Source: Eledone cirrhosa (Eukaryota). From it: a stretch of DNA of 64,000 nucleotides. Positions within the stretch are counted from its first letter, which is position 1. Each line of letters starts with the position of its first letter. Made by a program: the position numbers and the translations under genes. The stretch lies in contig OZ024740.1 of the NCBI GenBank assembly GCA_964016885.1, forward strand, positions 39,618,001 to 39,682,000, given 5' to 3'. The notes below the pieces were generated by a model, which saw only the letters and a list, made by a program, of their open reading frames with translations, was not told where the DNA came from and did not search any database. Below, piece after piece: positions 61,201 through 64,000 of the stretch.

Positions 61201-64000
61201 GTTTATTAGAAGAACTGTCATAACAACTGGCGATATTGTTTATTAGAAGAACTGACATAACAACTGGTGATATTGTTTATTAGATGAACTGTCATAACAA
61301 CTGGTGATATTGTTTATTAGAAAAACTGTCATAACAACTGGTGATATTGTTTATTAGATGAACTGACATAACTGGTGATATTGTTTATTAGAACTGTCAT
61401 AACAACTGGTGATATTGTTTACTAGAAGAACTGTCATAACAACTGATGATGTTTATTAGAAGAACTGTCATAACAACTGGTGATATTGTTTATTAGGAGA
61501 ACTGTCATAACAACTGGTGATATTGTTTATTAGAAGAACTGACATAACTGGTGATATTGTTTATTAGAAGAACTGTCATAACAACTGGTGATATTGTTTA
61601 TTAGAAGAACTGACATAACAACTGGTGATATTGTTTATTAGAAGAACTGTCATAACAACTGGTGATATTGTTTATTAGAAGAACTGTCATAACAACTGGT
61701 GATATTGTTTATTAGAAGAACTGTCATAACAACTGGTGATATTGTTTATTAGAAGAACTGTCATAACAACTGGCGATATTGTTTATTAGAAGAACTGACA
61801 TAACAACTGGTGATATTGTTTATTAGAAGAACTGTCATAACAACTGGTGATATTGTTAGAGAAAAGCTGTCATAACTGGTGATATTGTTTATTAGAAGAA
61901 CTGTCATATCAACTGGTGATATTGTTTATTAGAACTGTCATAACAACTGGTGATATTGTTTATTAGAAGAACTGTCATAACAACTGGTGATATTGTTTAT
62001 TAGAAGAACTGTCATAACTGGTGATATTGTTCATTAGAAGAACTGTCATAACAACTGGTGATATTGTTTATTAGATGAACTGACATAACAACTGGTGATA
62101 TTGTTTATTAGATGAACTGTCATAACAACTGGTGATATTGTTTATTAGAAGAACTGTCATAACAACTGGTGATATTGTTTATTAGAAGAAGTCATAACAA
62201 CTGGTGATATTGTTTATTATAAGAACTGTCATAACTGGTGATATTGTTTATGAGATGAACTGACATAACTGGTGATATTGTTTATTAGAAGAACTGTCAT
62301 AACAACTGGTGATATTGTTTATTAGAACGATCATAACAACTGGTGATATTGTTTATTAGAAGAACTGTCATAACTGATGATATTGTTTATTGAAGAACTG
62401 TCACAACAACTGGTGATATTGTTTATTAGAAGAACTGACATAACAACTGGTGATATTGTTTATTAGAAGAACTGTCATAACAACTGGCGATATTGTTATT
62501 ATAAGAACTGTCATAACTGGTGATATTGTTTATTAGAAGAACTGACATAACAACTGGTGATATTGTTTCTTAGAAGAACTGTCATAACAACTGGTGATAT
62601 TGTTTATTAGAAGAACTGTCATAACAACTGGTGATATTGTTTATTAGAAGAACTGTCATAACAACTGGTGATATTGTTTATTATTAGAACTGACATAACA
62701 ACTGGTGATATTGTTTACGAGAAGAACTGACATAACAACTGGTGATATTGTTTATTATTAGAACTGACATAACAACTGGTGATATTGTTTATTAGAAGAA
62801 CTGTCATAACAACTGGTGATATTGTCTACTAGAAGAACTGTCATAACTGGTGATATTGTTTACTAGAAGAACTGACATAACAACTGGTGATATTGTTTAT
62901 TATTAGAACTGACATAACAACTGGTGATATTGTTTATTAGAAGAACTGACATAACAACTGGTGATATTGTTTACTAGAAGAACTGACATAACAACTGGTG
63001 ATATTGTTTATTATTAGAACTGACATAACTGGTGATATTGTTTATTAGAAGAACTGACATAACAACTGGTGATATTGTTTATTAGAAGAACTGACATAAC
63101 AACTGGTGATATTGTTTATTAGAACTGACATAACAACTGATGATGATGTTTATAATAAGAGCTGTCATAACTGGTGATATTGTTTATTACAAGAACTGAC
63201 ATAACAACTGGTGATATTGTTTACGATAAGAACTGTCATAACAACTGGTGATATTGTTTATTAGAAGAACTGTCATAACTGGTGATATTGTTTATTAGAA
63301 GAACTGTCATAACAACTGGTGATATTGTTTATTAGATGAACTCACATAACTGGTGATATTGTTTATTAAATGAACTGACATAACTGGTGATATTGTTTAC
63401 TATAAGAACTGTCATAACTGGTGATATTGTTTATTAGAACTGTCATAACAACTGGTGATATTGTTTACTAGAAGAACTGTCATAACTGAAGATGATGTTT
63501 ATTAGAAGAACTGTCATAACAACTGGTGATATTGTTTATTAGAAGAACTGTCATAACAACTGGTGATATTGTTTATTAGAAGAACTGACACAATAACTGG
63601 TGATATTGTTTATTAGAAGAAGTGACATAACAACTGGTGATATTGTTTATTAGAAGAACTGTCATAACAACTGGCGATATTGTTTATTAGAAGAACTGAC
63701 ATAACAACTGGTGATATTGTTTATTAGATGAACTGTCATAACAACTGGTGATATTGTTTATTAGAAAAACTGTCATAACAACTGGTGATATTGTTTATTA
63801 GATGAACTGACATAACTGGTGATATTGTTTATTAGAACTGTCATAACAACTGGTGATATTGTTTACTAGAAGAACTGTCATAACAACTGATGATGTTTAT
63901 TAGAAGAACTGTCATAACAACTGGTGATATTGTTTATTAGGAGAACTGTCATAACAACTGGTGATATTGTTTATTAGAAGAACTGACATAACTGGTGATA
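55242..64000. repeat. Intronic satellite of about 34-37 bp (GAAGAACTGTCATAACAACTGGTGATATTGTTTATTA)n with higher-order structure, open at the window end
   Basis: More than 8 kb of tandem units; rare variants recur at kb spacing. Confidence 0.98.
55472..56070 (-). mobile_element. RTE LINE 3' fragment inserted in the satellite
   Basis: YAHVMRMKDGSCIKKCRAIKIDGSHGVGRPRKT matches the C-terminus of the 50606-52651 ORF; (CAT)n tail. Confidence 0.88.

Overview
AT-rich, repeat-dense animal genomic DNA. The SINE/RTE repertoire and (TA)n content look like an octopus/coleoid cephalopod (inference, not proven). Right half: the last six coding exons of a p38 MAP kinase gene (TGY motif) on the minus strand, 55195 to stop at 41177; the upstream exons lie beyond the window. 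One intron (48305-53226) is U12-type and holds a nearly full-length RTE LINE. The exon before it is preceded by a 10-copy tandem array of its own 3' splice site. Left half (about 5-37 kb): no recognisable host gene, but many mobile-element remnants (Penelope-like RT/GIY-YIG, Helitron, LTR with tRNA-Trp PBS, CRE-like, SINEs, MITEs). By hand-folding I find about 19 type I hammerhead-ribozyme motifs here, intact, variant-core or decayed, many inside fold-back elements bounded by (TA)n. Large satellites occupy 1-5223, 43436-45715 and 55242-64000. Most short ORFs in the track are repeat artefacts. All RNA structures were paired by eye and none is experimentally tested.
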